Source of the DNA: a virus
Reading direction: 5' to 3' (one strand)
Virus record (IMG/VR): IMGVR_UViG_3300017917_003893
Location: 1-64,000 of that record
Length of the DNA stretch: 64,000 bases
The translations under genes were made by a program, and so were the position numbers. Of this stretch, positions 18,629 to 29,569 are shown piece by piece; the stretch's first letter is position 1, and every line of letters starts with the position of its first letter. A model generated the notes under the pieces. That model made no database searches, was not told the DNA's origin, and saw only the letters and a program-made list of their open reading frames with translations.

Positions 18629-21600
18629 ATGTATTTAAGAAAGGTGATATATTTGTTGGTGATACACCAAGTTGAATAACATCTCTTACTAGGTTTAATT
18701 TGTTATTTACCAAATCTATCTTATATAGTAGAGGAGTATCTGGTATTAGAGTTGATATAGGCGGTGGTGATTGTGGTTTTCTAAAGTAAATATAAAGATT
18801 ATCAAATACTGTATTGCCCATAGTTTTATCGTTTCCTATTGATATTATAGAGTCTGCTGTATATAAAGGATTACCTGATAATATAGGGAATTCAGTATAA
18901 TAACTTCCACCAGGAACTTGTTTAATTATGTAAGGATCTGCAATATTAGAATCCCAGTTACCACTTAGGTATATTGTTCTAGTTCTTTGATAGTCATTTA
19001 TTCCATTCTCTGTTATTTCAACTAAAACACTGTTAAATCCACTTACACAAATAGCATATATTTTATTTTCTATGTATAGAAGAGATGTAACAGCATAAAC
19101 ATCTGTACTTCCTTGAGTAGATGAGAATGTTATGTTTCCTATTACTGGATTTGTATTAGGTGAATCTAATAACTCGGTTATCTGAGTGTTTTGTATAATA
19201 CCATATGCATTTGTTGACAAATCAATTGAGTATATTCTACCGCCACCCCAAGATACTAATACTTCATTTGCATTTGTTTTTCTTTTTGGTGCTATAGCCA
19301 TTGACTTGTAAGAAGAACCTGCATATGAACTAAATTGAGTTGTTGGTGAATTAAATCTCCAGTATGAGTAAGTTGATGTATTTATTGACATTGATAAATT
19401 ATCTGTTATATTATATCTATAAATTGTATTGAATGGTACATTAGGTGGAATTGAAGAGTTTCTATAAGATGTAGCAAATAAATAAGCCTCATTTATTCCA
19501 AGTCTTCTACTAAACACAAATTGTTGTGTAGGTAAATTACCGTTTGTTGCTATACTGAAGTCTGTCTTAATATTTGTTATATTATATGTAGCAAAATTAT
19601 CATAAACATTAGTATTATTGCCCAGTCTTGTTGTAGATACAATAGTTTGATTTCCTAATAGATTCAACGTTGGTACTTCTGGTATAACAATATCAAATGA
19701 TTGTGTTGCTACTCCTGTACTTGTGGTAGCTGATACTAGTACACTGTGAGTTCCGTATTCTAAGCTATCATTTGTATAAATTCCATAGTTAAATGTTATT
19801 TTACCATTCTGACTATTTATACTAATAGCAGTTGCTGATGACATTGTATAACCATTATATGAAACTTGTAATATACTAAATGATGGTGTTAATCCATAAG
19901 TGCTTATTAATGGTGTAGATGATGTTCCTGGTCCAAACATTTGATTTACAAAAGATGGTGAGTATACAAAATTACTAGGTGCTGGTGGATTTGGTGGTGG
20001 TGGAGCCGGTGCCAATACAGGTTTAATTGGTTCAAATGGTCCAATTAAGTCTACATATTCAGTAGGTTCTGTTAGATCTTTGGTTCCTCTAATTTCATAG
20101 TTTTTCTTGTCTCTATAAATTAAGCCATATCCGTTATCAGATGTTACTTCAATAACAATGAATGGATCTATATTGGAATCTATTGTAAAATTAAAAGGTA
20201 ATATAGGATTTGGTGGTGGTAACAAAGTACCAATTGTACTAGGAGTTACACCTTTTGGAATTCTTCTATACTCTTTAAGTGTTTGTACAGGTTCCCAATT
20301 AATTTCTTTCCATTCAGTTATCTTTAACCAGTTTTGAGTATCTAATAAAGGTGGTGTAGAACTAGTAGCAGATGCTGTTGATCCTAATCCACTATAAACA
20401 AAAATATCTTTCTTATATTCTACAGTATTTGTTACTGAGTATAAAGAATTTTCAACCCAAGTAGGAGTATTTTCATACTTTCTAGGATTTTTAATTTTGT
20501 TATTATTTATTTTAGACTCATATATTTTTCCGTAATATGAAACTTTATCACCAATATTGTATGTTTTAAATGGTGCCCATTCTTTGTAAGTTTTGTATGT
20601 TCTTACTGTTATATCAAAATAGTCTGGTAATTCTATACTAACTCCATTATATGGCTTTGGTGGTTCTACTAATCCAGTTGGATTTTTATCAGCACCTACA
20701 CCTGGATTTATTGTATAAAAGTCAATTACACAGTTATAAACAGTTGAACCACTATTTATAGGCATTAGGTAAGCTTCATTCAACTTGAATGATATAGGTG
20801 TCATATTTTGTTTTATATTAACAATTTGAGTATCATATGATGTGTGAATTATCTGATTCACTTGTTTAAAATATGCCTTACCTGTTATGTCTAATATTTT
20901 ATGTGTTAATGGTATTATATTTCTCTTTAGCCAATATTTAAGACCTTGTAGCTTTATTATAATTTCATCTATAGAATAAGTTATAACGTTATTTCCTTCC
21001 TTGTCAGTTATGTTGTATGTTAGATTAAACATATTAGTTTCTTCATAATCATCATTAGGAAAGTTGTTTTTAACAAATTCACTTTCAGTCCATCCTTCTA
21101 CAGTATTGTCAAATATATCAGGTATTTCAATTTTGAATAATTTCAAGAATTTTTCTGACTGAGGATTTATATTTCTATAATATTCGTTTAATTGTAAATC
21201 ATTATATCCAAAGAAGTTTATGGCATTTATAATTGATTTATATGAACCAATATATGGGTATATAAGATGCTTCATCATTAACATCTCTTTTCTTTTCTTA
21301 TTTAAGAAAGTCCAATCAATTCCACCCTCTAAGATATCATAATCTTTGAATATAAATACTTCATTTGGTGCTACTAATTTACCAACATTACCTAATTCAA
21401 TTTTAAATCTTATGTCTTCTATTTCAGTTTGACCGTAGGTTATAAATCTTCCTATTTCTTTATCTATAACTTTTATGTCAAATTTACAATATGTATTTTT
21501 ACCGGATGATGGATAGTTTAATATTACTGTTTCTTCTAAGAATAAAAAGTCATTTTCTGCTAAAAAGTCAACTACTAAACTCTTAAAGAATACATTTCTA

Positions 21601-24600
21601 ATTTTAACAATTCTACCATTATTTGATGAGATATATTGTTTTTTATTATTAGTTACATCTTTAACATAAATGGCTATTAGCTGACCAGCTTTTAGTCCTT
21701 TTTCAGTAAAGGTTTCATTAGAGTTTGTATTTATTTTTATAAAACCTCTTTTATCTGGTCCATTTACATCTAAAGTTTCAAAACTAATAACTGTATTATT
21801 AGTTGAAGTTGAATCATATGAAATAGATACATCTTCTTTTTTGTATAATTGTAAAATAGATCTTAAAGCACCCTCTTCTTCTGATTTGAATCCTATGAAT
21901 AATTCCATAGGCTCTGGTGCAGTTGATATATCATCCTCATCGTCTATGTAACTTAGTGTAAAGTTAACTCTATCAAATATAGTTTGCTGATATTCTGGTA
22001 AAGAACATTTAGTTAAATCTTTATTTGGTAGTTTATTTAAAACAGCCGTTGTTAGAGGTTTTGGTCCTGTATAAGCATATGAACCCGATATAGGTAATTG
22101 AGTTCCTGAGAAATCATATAAAAAGAATTCAGGTGCAACATCTGAGTACCATTTCCAGTAGTACTCTACTTGAGTATCACCTTGGAAATTCTCTCTTGGT
22201 CTTCTTAAATACTCTTTTGTTTTTAACCAAACATCTTTGTATGGTTGATAATCTGGACTTAAAGTTCCATATTGATTGTCTTCTGATGGTTGATAACCAC
22301 TTAGAGTTGGTATAATTGAACTGTTTACAGTCACTTCTACTTCAATCACTGAGTTAAGAGATGATTGTATTGTCCAAATAGATTTTCTCTCAGGATTATA
22401 AATAACTCTACCAGTCATTGCTGACATTGGTATATTTTTTATTATACTACCATTAACAGGATTTGCAACAAGTACAACATTACTAAATATAGATGAGATA
22501 TAAACATCACCATCATATTGATTTAATGCTAGATATCCATAGTTTCCAACTGATGTATTAAATGAGATTGAGTTAGTATTCAAATCAATTCCTCTAAACT
22601 GAGTCGATGAATCTGATAAGTTCATCTCACCTGTTAGATTATTAAATATAATATCATTAAATGTTCCTGTAGTTATAGATAATGACTGTGTTAGACCATT
22701 ATCGATTTTCCATAAATTGTTACTTCCAAAAACATAAATAGATTCATTAACCGGTTCATAGAATATTGATCCGGTCGCTCCTGGTACACCATATCCAGTT
22801 TGAATATCTCTAGTTGATCCATTTATTCTTAACACACTAATACTAGATGAGTTATTTACTATGTACATATCGGCTTCAAAGTTATTGAAGACCATTTTAC
22901 CCATAGATGTTGCATCAACTGGAAAGCTTGGTGTTGATGGTGTTAGATTACCAACTATCGCGTTGTTTAAGTTTCTAATTTCAACTTTTGCTATATTTTC
23001 AAATGAAATGTATACATCTCCATTTACTGGATTAATAGCTACATCTTTTATTGTATCTGTGTAACTCCAGTTTGTAATTACAGTGTTTATTAAAGGATCC
23101 ACAACATATACTATTTGTTTAGAAATGCAATATAGATAATTGTTTACTGTGTTGAATCTTAAAAATTGACTTTGAGTGTTACCTGGTAATGATATATTCG
23201 TTAAATATGTTGCTAAGTAAGCATCCATAACAGTTAAATCATCACCAAGTGAGTATATTGAGTTTGATAACTGAACATACATTATATCAACTAGGTTATT
23301 AGTTCCACTATATGATTGTAGATTGTATGTGTTTGTTATATAATTATTACCATTGTATGCTATACTGAATCCTGAGCCAAACTGTTCTTCGTTAAATGGT
23401 CCTCCTATTGCGCTACCAGTTGGTCCGATAGGTGTTCCACAAGCAGTTTGTCCAAATCCAACTTCAAATGCAAGAGTTATGAATGCAGATGAATTGCAAT
23501 CTATTGGAGTATTTCCCCAGAATGGACCTTGGTAACTTAGATTTAAAACTCCCGGATCTAAGTATTGTATATTAAACTCCGTATTATTCCAAGTATGAAA
23601 AGTGTTATTTACAGAAAACGCCATACCTGTTGCAAATCCAGCATCTTCAAATGAGTATGTACCTGCTGCCGCTTCTGTTAGTTTTAATTCATTTGATGTT
23701 ATTAATGCACCATGATTTCCTTTTATTTTATTAGTTATGGTAAAGTCTTCCATTCCTGGTAAGTGACTTTTCCCAGTTTTTATATTATAGTCTAGTCTTC
23801 TATCTAAGTATAGAGTGTCAAACTTTAAAAGGTTATTTATATTCGATACTATAATTCCAAAAGTTGATAAATACTGAGAGTGTTCATCTACCCAAGCTTG
23901 CAAAGTCGCTGGTATATCTGGATATTGTGAGTATGTTCCTGTTTGATATATTGTTGATTGGTCGTAAAAGTCATTATTTATCTCAATTGATAAATAACCA
24001 CCTAAATCATTAAATAAAACTCTTGAATGTTCTACATAATAATTAGCAGTTATACCTACAGATATCTCATTTACATCCATTTCAACGTTAGGATATTCAG
24101 TTCTAAGTTTTATCGAGTTGTAAAATGGTGATATAAAAGAACCAATATATTGTAAATCGGCTATTATTCCTAGTTTTTGAAGTTGTAAAAAGTTTCTAGT
24201 TAACCAAGACCTTAGTGTTCTATCTATAGTTCTTTCCATGTCTGGTGCGGCTCCACTATAAACCCAGTTTATTTCAGCTTCGTATAATTGTTTGTTTATT
24301 TTAATTTTTAAACCAAATTCATCTAAATCGGTAAATACTATATTTACTGAATGATTTGATGAAAAATCATAATTTAACTCTTTTGTTAGGCTTTCGGAAA
24401 CCTGTATTAATCTTTCTCTTGTTTCTATTTTACTTCCAACTGAATAAGTAGGTCCTATACTTCCGTTATAAAAGTTTACCTCAACGTAGTTACTAGGGTA
24501 CATTAAGTCTGCTTTTATTTTATTCTTCTCATAGTATAATTCCACATTAAGTGACTCAAAATCCGTTGAAAATTTCTCAGCAGCAGATGCTAAAGTTACT

Positions 24601-26117
24601 TTTCCACTTTGTGTAAATCCGTGTTGAAAATATAATTTATCTGTTGTTAAGTACAATTGACAATTTGATAAGAACTCGTTTGTTACACTCTCACTAACAT
24701 TAATATGTGTTATAGTTGTTGTCCAGTATGTTGTATTTTCTGGATTTACAAATTGTGTTGTTGAAGATGCATAGCTCTGAGTATAAGCCTGTACACACTC
24801 ATATATCTTATTGTTAAATAAAACTTGAGATTGTGTTGCATAAAAAGTTTGTTGAGAATTACCATTAAAAGTAGGAATACTAGCAACTGTTAGAAAGTTT
24901 TGATTGTTATTTGAACCTATTATTTTAAATTCTCTACCAGGTTTTAAAATTTCAGGTATTAATCCACCAAATGATAATCTATTTTCTGTACTTGTTAATG
25001 GATTTCCAACAGTTGTGATATTTATTACTAAGTCATCAACAAGTGACGTTCCGCCTATATAGGTACCGTCAATTATGAATGTATCACCAGGTGAATAGTT
25101 ATAACCTTTAATATTTGATACTACATTTGTAACTACCCCACCTGAAACAGTAACATCAAAACTAGCACCTGTTCCTGTTACTGAGGATGATAATCCGGTT
25201 GATGTTAGTGATGTGTATGTGTTATCAGTACCCGAACTTGTTGCATATGTAAATGATGTTATATAACCTCCGGGTGCTATCAGATTTGTAACCGGAGATA
25301 TATTTAAACTACCTTCATATATTTTAGGTAAATCAGTTTTTGTTGAAACTTCTATTATAATATCACTGTTAATTAAGCTTGAATCTGTATAGTATTCAAA
25401 GAACTTACAATCGGTTACTTCTTCTTCTATTACTGTTACAGTTTTATTATTACTTTTAGAGTTTATTATATTTAACTTTTTGTTCTTATACAATTTATCG
25501 TAAAAATTAGGTTCATTCCACAATGAAAGATTATTACTATAAGATGTATCTATGTAATTATAAACACCGATTGCATTTATTCCAGATATTGACTTACCTA
25601 TGTAAGTTGAATCTAATATAGATTGATTGATAAAGTTTGTTTCAAATGTTGCATTATCAACAGAACTTATAATCATTATTGCATTTTTCTTACTACCAAC
25701 TACAGTGTATGTTTGTAGTAGATTTGTAAATTCTAATAAAGTTGAGTCAAATCTTATTATACTACCTAATGGAAACTTTTTATCAAAAAGTTCTCCATAT
25801 ATCCACTTAGAGTAAAAACTTGGATCGTTGTTTATTGCTTCAATTTTAGTTATAGATTGAGTTGTGTAATTTGAAGCATAGAAGTCAAATCCGTATTCAT
25901 TAAATAATTGAAATTTATTAAGAGTTAATTCACCAGGCATCTCAAACTCGAATGATGGTATTCTTTCTAATGTGTAGATACCAGCAGTTTTGTATGTGTC
26001 GGATGAATTTTCATGAAATAAAATAGAACCTTCGAATCTATCATTTATCTCATTGTAACTAAAATTTAAATTATCTCCTTCTTTATTGAAGAAAAGTAAG
26101 TTTTTATGATTTGACAT
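18627..26117 (-). CDS. Very large baseplate/tail-associated protein (2496 aa) with beta-propeller and CBM5/12-like modules
   Basis: Baseplate-wedge-like GSYKSIINAINFFGY segment, YVTN-like repeats (NPVNGDVYI, YEPVNESIYV, YNPERKSIW), W...TYNIGDKVSYYGKIYES module, Pro-rich linker; TAATATATA upstream. Confidence 0.55.
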   Translation of the reverse strand: MSNHKNLLFFNKEGDNLNFSYNEINDRFEGSILFHENSSDTYKTAGIYTLERIPSFEFEMPGELTLNKFQLFNEYGFDFYASNYTTQSITKIEAINNDPSFYSKWIYGELFDKKFPLGSIIRFDSTLLEFTNLLQTYTVVGSKKNAIMIISSVDNATFETNFINQSILDSTYIGKSISGINAIGVYNYIDTSYSNNLSLWNEPNFYDKLYKNKKLNIINSKSNNKTVTVIEEEVTDCKFFEYYTDSSLINSDIIIEVSTKTDLPKIYEGSLNISPVTNLIAPGGYITSFTYATSSGTDNTYTSLTSTGLSSSVTGTGASFDVTVSGGVVTNVVSNIKGYNYSPGDTFIIDGTYIGGTSLVDDLVINITTVGNPLTSTENRLSFGGLIPEILKPGREFKIIGSNNNQNFLTVASIPTFNGNSQQTFYATQSQVLFNNKIYECVQAYTQSYASSTTQFVNPENTTYWTTTITHINVSESVTNEFLSNCQLYLTTDKLYFQHGFTQSGKVTLASAAEKFSTDFESLNVELYYEKNKIKADLMYPSNYVEVNFYNGSIGPTYSVGSKIETRERLIQVSESLTKELNYDFSSNHSVNIVFTDLDEFGLKIKINKQLYEAEINWVYSGAAPDMERTIDRTLRSWLTRNFLQLQKLGIIADLQYIGSFISPFYNSIKLRTEYPNVEMDVNEISVGITANYYVEHSRVLFNDLGGYLSIEINNDFYDQSTIYQTGTYSQYPDIPATLQAWVDEHSQYLSTFGIIVSNINNLLKFDTLYLDRRLDYNIKTGKSHLPGMEDFTITNKIKGNHGALITSNELKLTEAAAGTYSFEDAGFATGMAFSVNNTFHTWNNTEFNIQYLDPGVLNLSYQGPFWGNTPIDCNSSAFITLAFEVGFGQTACGTPIGPTGSAIGGPFNEEQFGSGFSIAYNGNNYITNTYNLQSYSGTNNLVDIMYVQLSNSIYSLGDDLTVMDAYLATYLTNISLPGNTQSQFLRFNTVNNYLYCISKQIVYVVDPLINTVITNWSYTDTIKDVAINPVNGDVYISFENIAKVEIRNLNNAIVGNLTPSTPSFPVDATSMGKMVFNNFEADMYIVNNSSSISVLRINGSTRDIQTGYGVPGATGSIFYEPVNESIYVFGSNNLWKIDNGLTQSLSITTGTFNDIIFNNLTGEMNLSDSSTQFRGIDLNTNSISFNTSVGNYGYLALNQYDGDVYISSIFSNVVLVANPVNGSIIKNIPMSAMTGRVIYNPERKSIWTIQSSLNSVIEVEVTVNSSIIPTLSGYQPSEDNQYGTLSPDYQPYKDVWLKTKEYLRRPRENFQGDTQVEYYWKWYSDVAPEFFLYDFSGTQLPISGSYAYTGPKPLTTAVLNKLPNKDLTKCSLPEYQQTIFDRVNFTLSYIDDEDDISTAPEPMELFIGFKSEEEGALRSILQLYKKEDVSISYDSTSTNNTVISFETLDVNGPDKRGFIKINTNSNETFTEKGLKAGQLIAIYVKDVTNNKKQYISSNNGRIVKIRNVFFKSLVVDFLAENDFLFLEETVILNYPSSGKNTYCKFDIKVIDKEIGRFITYGQTEIEDIRFKIELGNVGKLVAPNEVFIFKDYDILEGGIDWTFLNKKRKEMLMMKHLIYPYIGSYKSIINAINFFGYNDLQLNEYYRNINPQSEKFLKLFKIEIPDIFDNTVEGWTESEFVKNNFPNDDYEETNMFNLTYNITDKEGNNVITYSIDEIIIKLQGLKYWLKRNIIPLTHKILDITGKAYFKQVNQIIHTSYDTQIVNIKQNMTPISFKLNEAYLMPINSGSTVYNCVIDFYTINPGVGADKNPTGLVEPPKPYNGVSIELPDYFDITVRTYKTYKEWAPFKTYNIGDKVSYYGKIYESKINNNKIKNPRKYENTPTWVENSLYSVTNTVEYKKDIFVYSGLGSTASATSSTPPLLDTQNWLKITEWKEINWEPVQTLKEYRRIPKGVTPSTIGTLLPPPNPILPFNFTIDSNIDPFIVIEVTSDNGYGLIYRDKKNYEIRGTKDLTEPTEYVDLIGPFEPIKPVLAPAPPPPNPPAPSNFVYSPSFVNQMFGPGTSSTPLISTYGLTPSFSILQVSYNGYTMSSATAISINSQNGKITFNYGIYTNDSLEYGTHSVLVSATTSTGVATQSFDIVIPEVPTLNLLGNQTIVSTTRLGNNTNVYDNFATYNITNIKTDFSIATNGNLPTQQFVFSRRLGINEAYLFATSYRNSSIPPNVPFNTIYRYNITDNLSMSINTSTYSYWRFNSPTTQFSSYAGSSYKSMAIAPKRKTNANEVLVSWGGGRIYSIDLSTNAYGIIQNTQITELLDSPNTNPVIGNITFSSTQGSTDVYAVTSLLYIENKIYAICVSGFNSVLVEITENGINDYQRTRTIYLSGNWDSNIADPYIIKQVPGGSYYTEFPILSGNPLYTADSIISIGNDKTMGNTVFDNLYIYFRKPQSPPPISTLIPDTPLLYKIDLVNNKLNLVRDVIQLGVSPTNISPFLNT

Positions 26118-26186
26118 TTACCAACTATAAGTTTTACATATATATTAATTTATAGTTTCTTAGTAGGTAATTTTAATATATAAGAT

Positions 26187-26558
26187 ATGAAAATAAATAA
26201 CTTTGAAGATTTTATAAATGAAGAGTTCTTCAAGAGAATTTTTAATAATTCCAAGAAAAAAAACAATGTTATTGTTAACAGAGTTGATTCTTGCGTTGAA
26301 AACATATTAAATTTTCTATCAGAGAATGATGTTTATAATTGGAGTGGATTTATAAAAATGTCTCCTTTTGATAGAAGTGTTATTGATAAACTAATAGATA
26401 GTGAGGTTATAACAATGAAGGAGTTAGAAGAAGTTAGATTCAAGTTAAAGTTAGAACTAATGGATAAATCACAATTAATTGATTTTAAAAGTGAATTAGA
26501 ATCGGAAGAAGAGTATGAAAAATGCGCTCTAATTCTTAAAAAAATAAATCAAAAATAA
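26187..26558 (+). CDS. Hypothetical protein with shared N-terminal motif and C-terminal UVR-like helix (EEYEKCALI)
   Basis: 123-aa ORF 4 nt after TAATATATA. Confidence 0.7.
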   Translation: MKINNFEDFINEEFFKRIFNNSKKKNNVIVNRVDSCVENILNFLSENDVYNWSGFIKMSPFDRSVIDKLIDSEVITMKELEEVRFKLKLELMDKSQLIDFKSELESEEEYEKCALILKKINQK

Positions 26559-26568
26559 AATATCATAT

Positions 26569-27708
26569 ATGAAACACATTAAAAAATTTAATGAAACAAA
26601 AAAAGAAGAAAAGGTTAAAGACCAAGAAGTTCTTTTTACTGTTGATAATCTAATAGATGATAACGAACCATCTATTAAAACTCAATCTGAGGAAGATAAC
26701 GAAAAAGTTCAGAAAGAGTTTAAAAAGTCAATGGATAAAGTTGAAAAGTTTGAGGCTTTTATTGATGTTCATATAGATAATATTGAGAATGTTGAAGTTG
26801 ATTATGACTTTGATGAAGAAGATGAAGAGTTAGATGCCGATTATGAAGAAGATCCTGGTTGTGGTTGTTGTGATGATTGTCAAAGTGAGCCAGGGTGTAA
26901 CTGTGGTTGTGAAGATTGTAAATGTTCAGATATGACCGAAGAGCCAAGCTTAATGTCTGCTTCTGATTTTGTTTCTAATTTATTTTCAGAAAGTCTTAAA
27001 TATCATTTAGATAATAATAAACCTATTACTGAAAATATATTCAGACCTGGTTCAGAAGCTTTTTATCAAGTAATTAAAGAAGCAAGGCAAATGTTTGATT
27101 TAGGTAAAGTTACCCTATGTGATATTGATAGAGATATTTTTGAATCAACTGAGATTGGTAATTTTGCTATGTTCAAAGGTGAATTAGTTCCTTTAGACTT
27201 ACCAATGGAAACTATAGTTGAGACAAATCAGCCAGCATTTTCTATACACGATGTTACTCCTGATTTTAATTATGATGTTATGGGTAAAACAGTTACAAAT
27301 ATTAAACCTTTAACTTGGGTTAAAAACGGTGAAGCATCTTGTATGTCTTTTGAAGGCGAAGTTGATGGACAGACTTGTATGTGTAAATATGATGATGGTC
27401 AAGATGGTTATGTGTTTGAGGCTAAATATCATGGAAAAGAAGTTAAACTAAACTACCCTATGAGAGGTGGTACTAAAAAGTACTATGTTTATGTTAAGTC
27501 AGCAAAGGGTAATGTTAAAAAGATTTCATTTGGTGATGTTCACGGTGGATTAACAGCTAAGGTTAGTGATCCTAAAGCTAGAAAGTCATTTGCTGCTAGA
27601 CATCAATGCCATTTGAAAAAAGATAAAACTAAAGCAGGTTACTGGGCTTGTAGAATTAACAAGTATGGTCATTTGTGGGGTGGAAAAACTTATCCTGGAT
27701 ACTGGTAA
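26569..27708 (+). CDS. Multidomain hypothetical protein: N-terminal motif, acidic/Cys-rich segment, basic C-terminal domain
   Basis: MKHIKKFNE start; CGCCDDC...CNCGCEDCKC; C-terminal KKISFGD...RKSFAARHQC...AGYWAC. Confidence 0.75.
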   Translation: MKHIKKFNETKKEEKVKDQEVLFTVDNLIDDNEPSIKTQSEEDNEKVQKEFKKSMDKVEKFEAFIDVHIDNIENVEVDYDFDEEDEELDADYEEDPGCGCCDDCQSEPGCNCGCEDCKCSDMTEEPSLMSASDFVSNLFSESLKYHLDNNKPITENIFRPGSEAFYQVIKEARQMFDLGKVTLCDIDRDIFESTEIGNFAMFKGELVPLDLPMETIVETNQPAFSIHDVTPDFNYDVMGKTVTNIKPLTWVKNGEASCMSFEGEVDGQTCMCKYDDGQDGYVFEAKYHGKEVKLNYPMRGGTKKYYVYVKSAKGNVKKISFGDVHGGLTAKVSDPKARKSFAARHQCHLKKDKTKAGYWACRINKYGHLWGGKTYPGYW

Positions 27709-27710
27709 TT

Positions 27711-28127
27711 ATGAAACACTTAAAAACATATCAAATATTTGAATCTGTTAATAAAATGTTTGTTAAAGACTTTTTAACAGATTTTGGTACACTTATATCT
27801 CTTAATTTTAGTCAAATAACTAAAATGGGTAAAGATGTTGATGCTACAAAAGAATTAACTCTTATGATGCAACAACTTAGAAAGCCTATAATAAACGGTC
27901 AAAACTATTTTGATTTTCTTAAAGATAATATAAATATTGTTCCTAATAATCCAAAGTTACTCTCTACACTTCTAGGTGTGGTAAGAGATTATCTAATCTA
28001 TATAGAACCGAGAGTTCAAAAATTTGTAACTGATGAACCAGCATCAAATGGTGTTGATTATAAAGAGGCTTGGTTAAAAAGAATTGAAAAAATTAAAAAT
28101 GACTATAAACTAATAGTAAGTCAATAA
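27711..28127 (+). CDS. Hypothetical protein with shared N-terminal motif (MKHLKTYQIFES)
   Basis: ATG 27711 lies 2 nt after the upstream stop codon. Confidence 0.7.
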   Translation: MKHLKTYQIFESVNKMFVKDFLTDFGTLISLNFSQITKMGKDVDATKELTLMMQQLRKPIINGQNYFDFLKDNINIVPNNPKLLSTLLGVVRDYLIYIEPRVQKFVTDEPASNGVDYKEAWLKRIEKIKNDYKLIVSQ

Positions 28128-28128
28128 T

Positions 28129-28401
28129 ATGTCATTACCATTCAAAGAAACTAAACTAAGTGATAATACATTTATCAGAGAGTTCAAACAAGAAACGGAT
28201 TCTGGTGAGTTTATGTGGCACCGTGATAGAGAAGATAGAATAATTGAATCTATTGGTGGTAAAACAGATTGGTTAATTCAAATTGATAATGAATTGCCTA
28301 AAGAAATAAATGAGAAAGTATTTATACCAATGGGTGCTTATCACCGATTAATAAAAGGTACAAATGATTTGAAAATAAAGTTAATAAAAAACCCATCTTA
28401 A
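28129..28401 (+). CDS. Small cupin-like protein
   Basis: WHRDREDR...FIP.GAYHRLIKG. Confidence 0.55.
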   Translation: MSLPFKETKLSDNTFIREFKQETDSGEFMWHRDREDRIIESIGGKTDWLIQIDNELPKEINEKVFIPMGAYHRLIKGTNDLKIKLIKNPS

Positions 28402-28418
28402 AGATGGGTTTTGTTTTT
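28386..28418. terminator. Bidirectional intrinsic terminator
   Basis: AAAAAACCCATCT-TAA-AGATGGGTTTTG between convergent genes. Confidence 0.8.
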
Positions 28419-29541
28419 ATTCTGATTTTAATTTGTAATTTTCATTGTATATTCTTATAACTTCATCAAATTCATTTACAATTCCTGATTTGAATTTATC
28501 ATTTTCATACTTTTGTTTTAGAATATACTCTTTGATATAATCTTCATACTCTAATTGAACTGATATTTCCATTCCATTTTCATCTAGTTCAATTTCAGAT
28601 GATTCATTTATTTCTTCACCATCAACAAGTTCTTTTGTTATATCATCAATATATTCAACTGAGGCGAAGTTACCTTTCTCTAACATTACTTCTAGTTTTC
28701 TACGAAGTTTTCTGTTACTGATTAAAAGATTGTTTGATATTGCTAAATCGATGTAGTCTTTTGTATCTTTTAACTCATCTAAATTGTCAATATCTTCTTC
28801 AGTAACAACTCTGAATTTTCTAAAAATTGGTGAGTATGTGTTTGGTATAAAATCGATTTTATGAGTATTTAGGTCGAGAATAGTGATACCTTTTTGGTCA
28901 CCCATATCATTTCTATCCATTTGATAAGGAGAGCCTATAAACGAGAAATTTTCATTTGTTTGACGAATGTGTATATGTCCGCTAAAAACATGTTTATACT
29001 TCTTAAACTCATCAACATCAATCTTATCAGCATTTCTATGAGCTACTGAGTTTAAGTGCATTCTACAACCGTTTAAGTCCGAATGACAGAATAAATAATC
29101 ACCTTGATTACTGTTGATTTCTTTAATCATGTCTAATCTTTTTTCAACCCAAGGCATTAATACTAGTTTTTGACCACCGACTTCAATTGTGGTTGTATCT
29201 GTATAAACATTTACATTATTAACATGATTGAATAGTCTTACTGAGTTAATATCATTATTTCCTTTATTCCATAAATCGTGGTTACCTACTATAATATGTA
29301 GTGGTAAAATTTTAGATAATTCTAATAAAATCTTTTCGGCTTTATAAGAAGCAATAATAGGAATAGATGTTCTATTATCATATAAGTCACCGCAGTGAAT
29401 TAAGATATCACCTGGTTTAGCATTCTCTTTTATGTAAGGTATAAATGAGTTATAGAAGTAGTCTTCCATCATATTTAACCATTTATCTAAGTTATTTAGA
29501 TAAACACCGAAGTGCCAGTCTGTTGTAATAAAAACTTTCAT
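28417..29541 (-). CDS. gp47: Mre11/SbcD-like recombination endonuclease (T4 gp47-like)
   Basis: Metallophosphoesterase motifs TDWHFG, GDLYD, GNHD, CHSD, SGHIH, plus GSPYQ. Confidence 0.85.
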   Translation of the reverse strand: MKVFITTDWHFGVYLNNLDKWLNMMEDYFYNSFIPYIKENAKPGDILIHCGDLYDNRTSIPIIASYKAEKILLELSKILPLHIIVGNHDLWNKGNNDINSVRLFNHVNNVNVYTDTTTIEVGGQKLVLMPWVEKRLDMIKEINSNQGDYLFCHSDLNGCRMHLNSVAHRNADKIDVDEFKKYKHVFSGHIHIRQTNENFSFIGSPYQMDRNDMGDQKGITILDLNTHKIDFIPNTYSPIFRKFRVVTEEDIDNLDELKDTKDYIDLAISNNLLISNRKLRRKLEVMLEKGNFASVEYIDDITKELVDGEEINESSEIELDENGMEISVQLEYEDYIKEYILKQKYENDKFKSGIVNEFDEVIRIYNENYKLKSE

Positions 29542-29569
29542 TAAAAAATTGTTTTCTTTTTATATGAAA

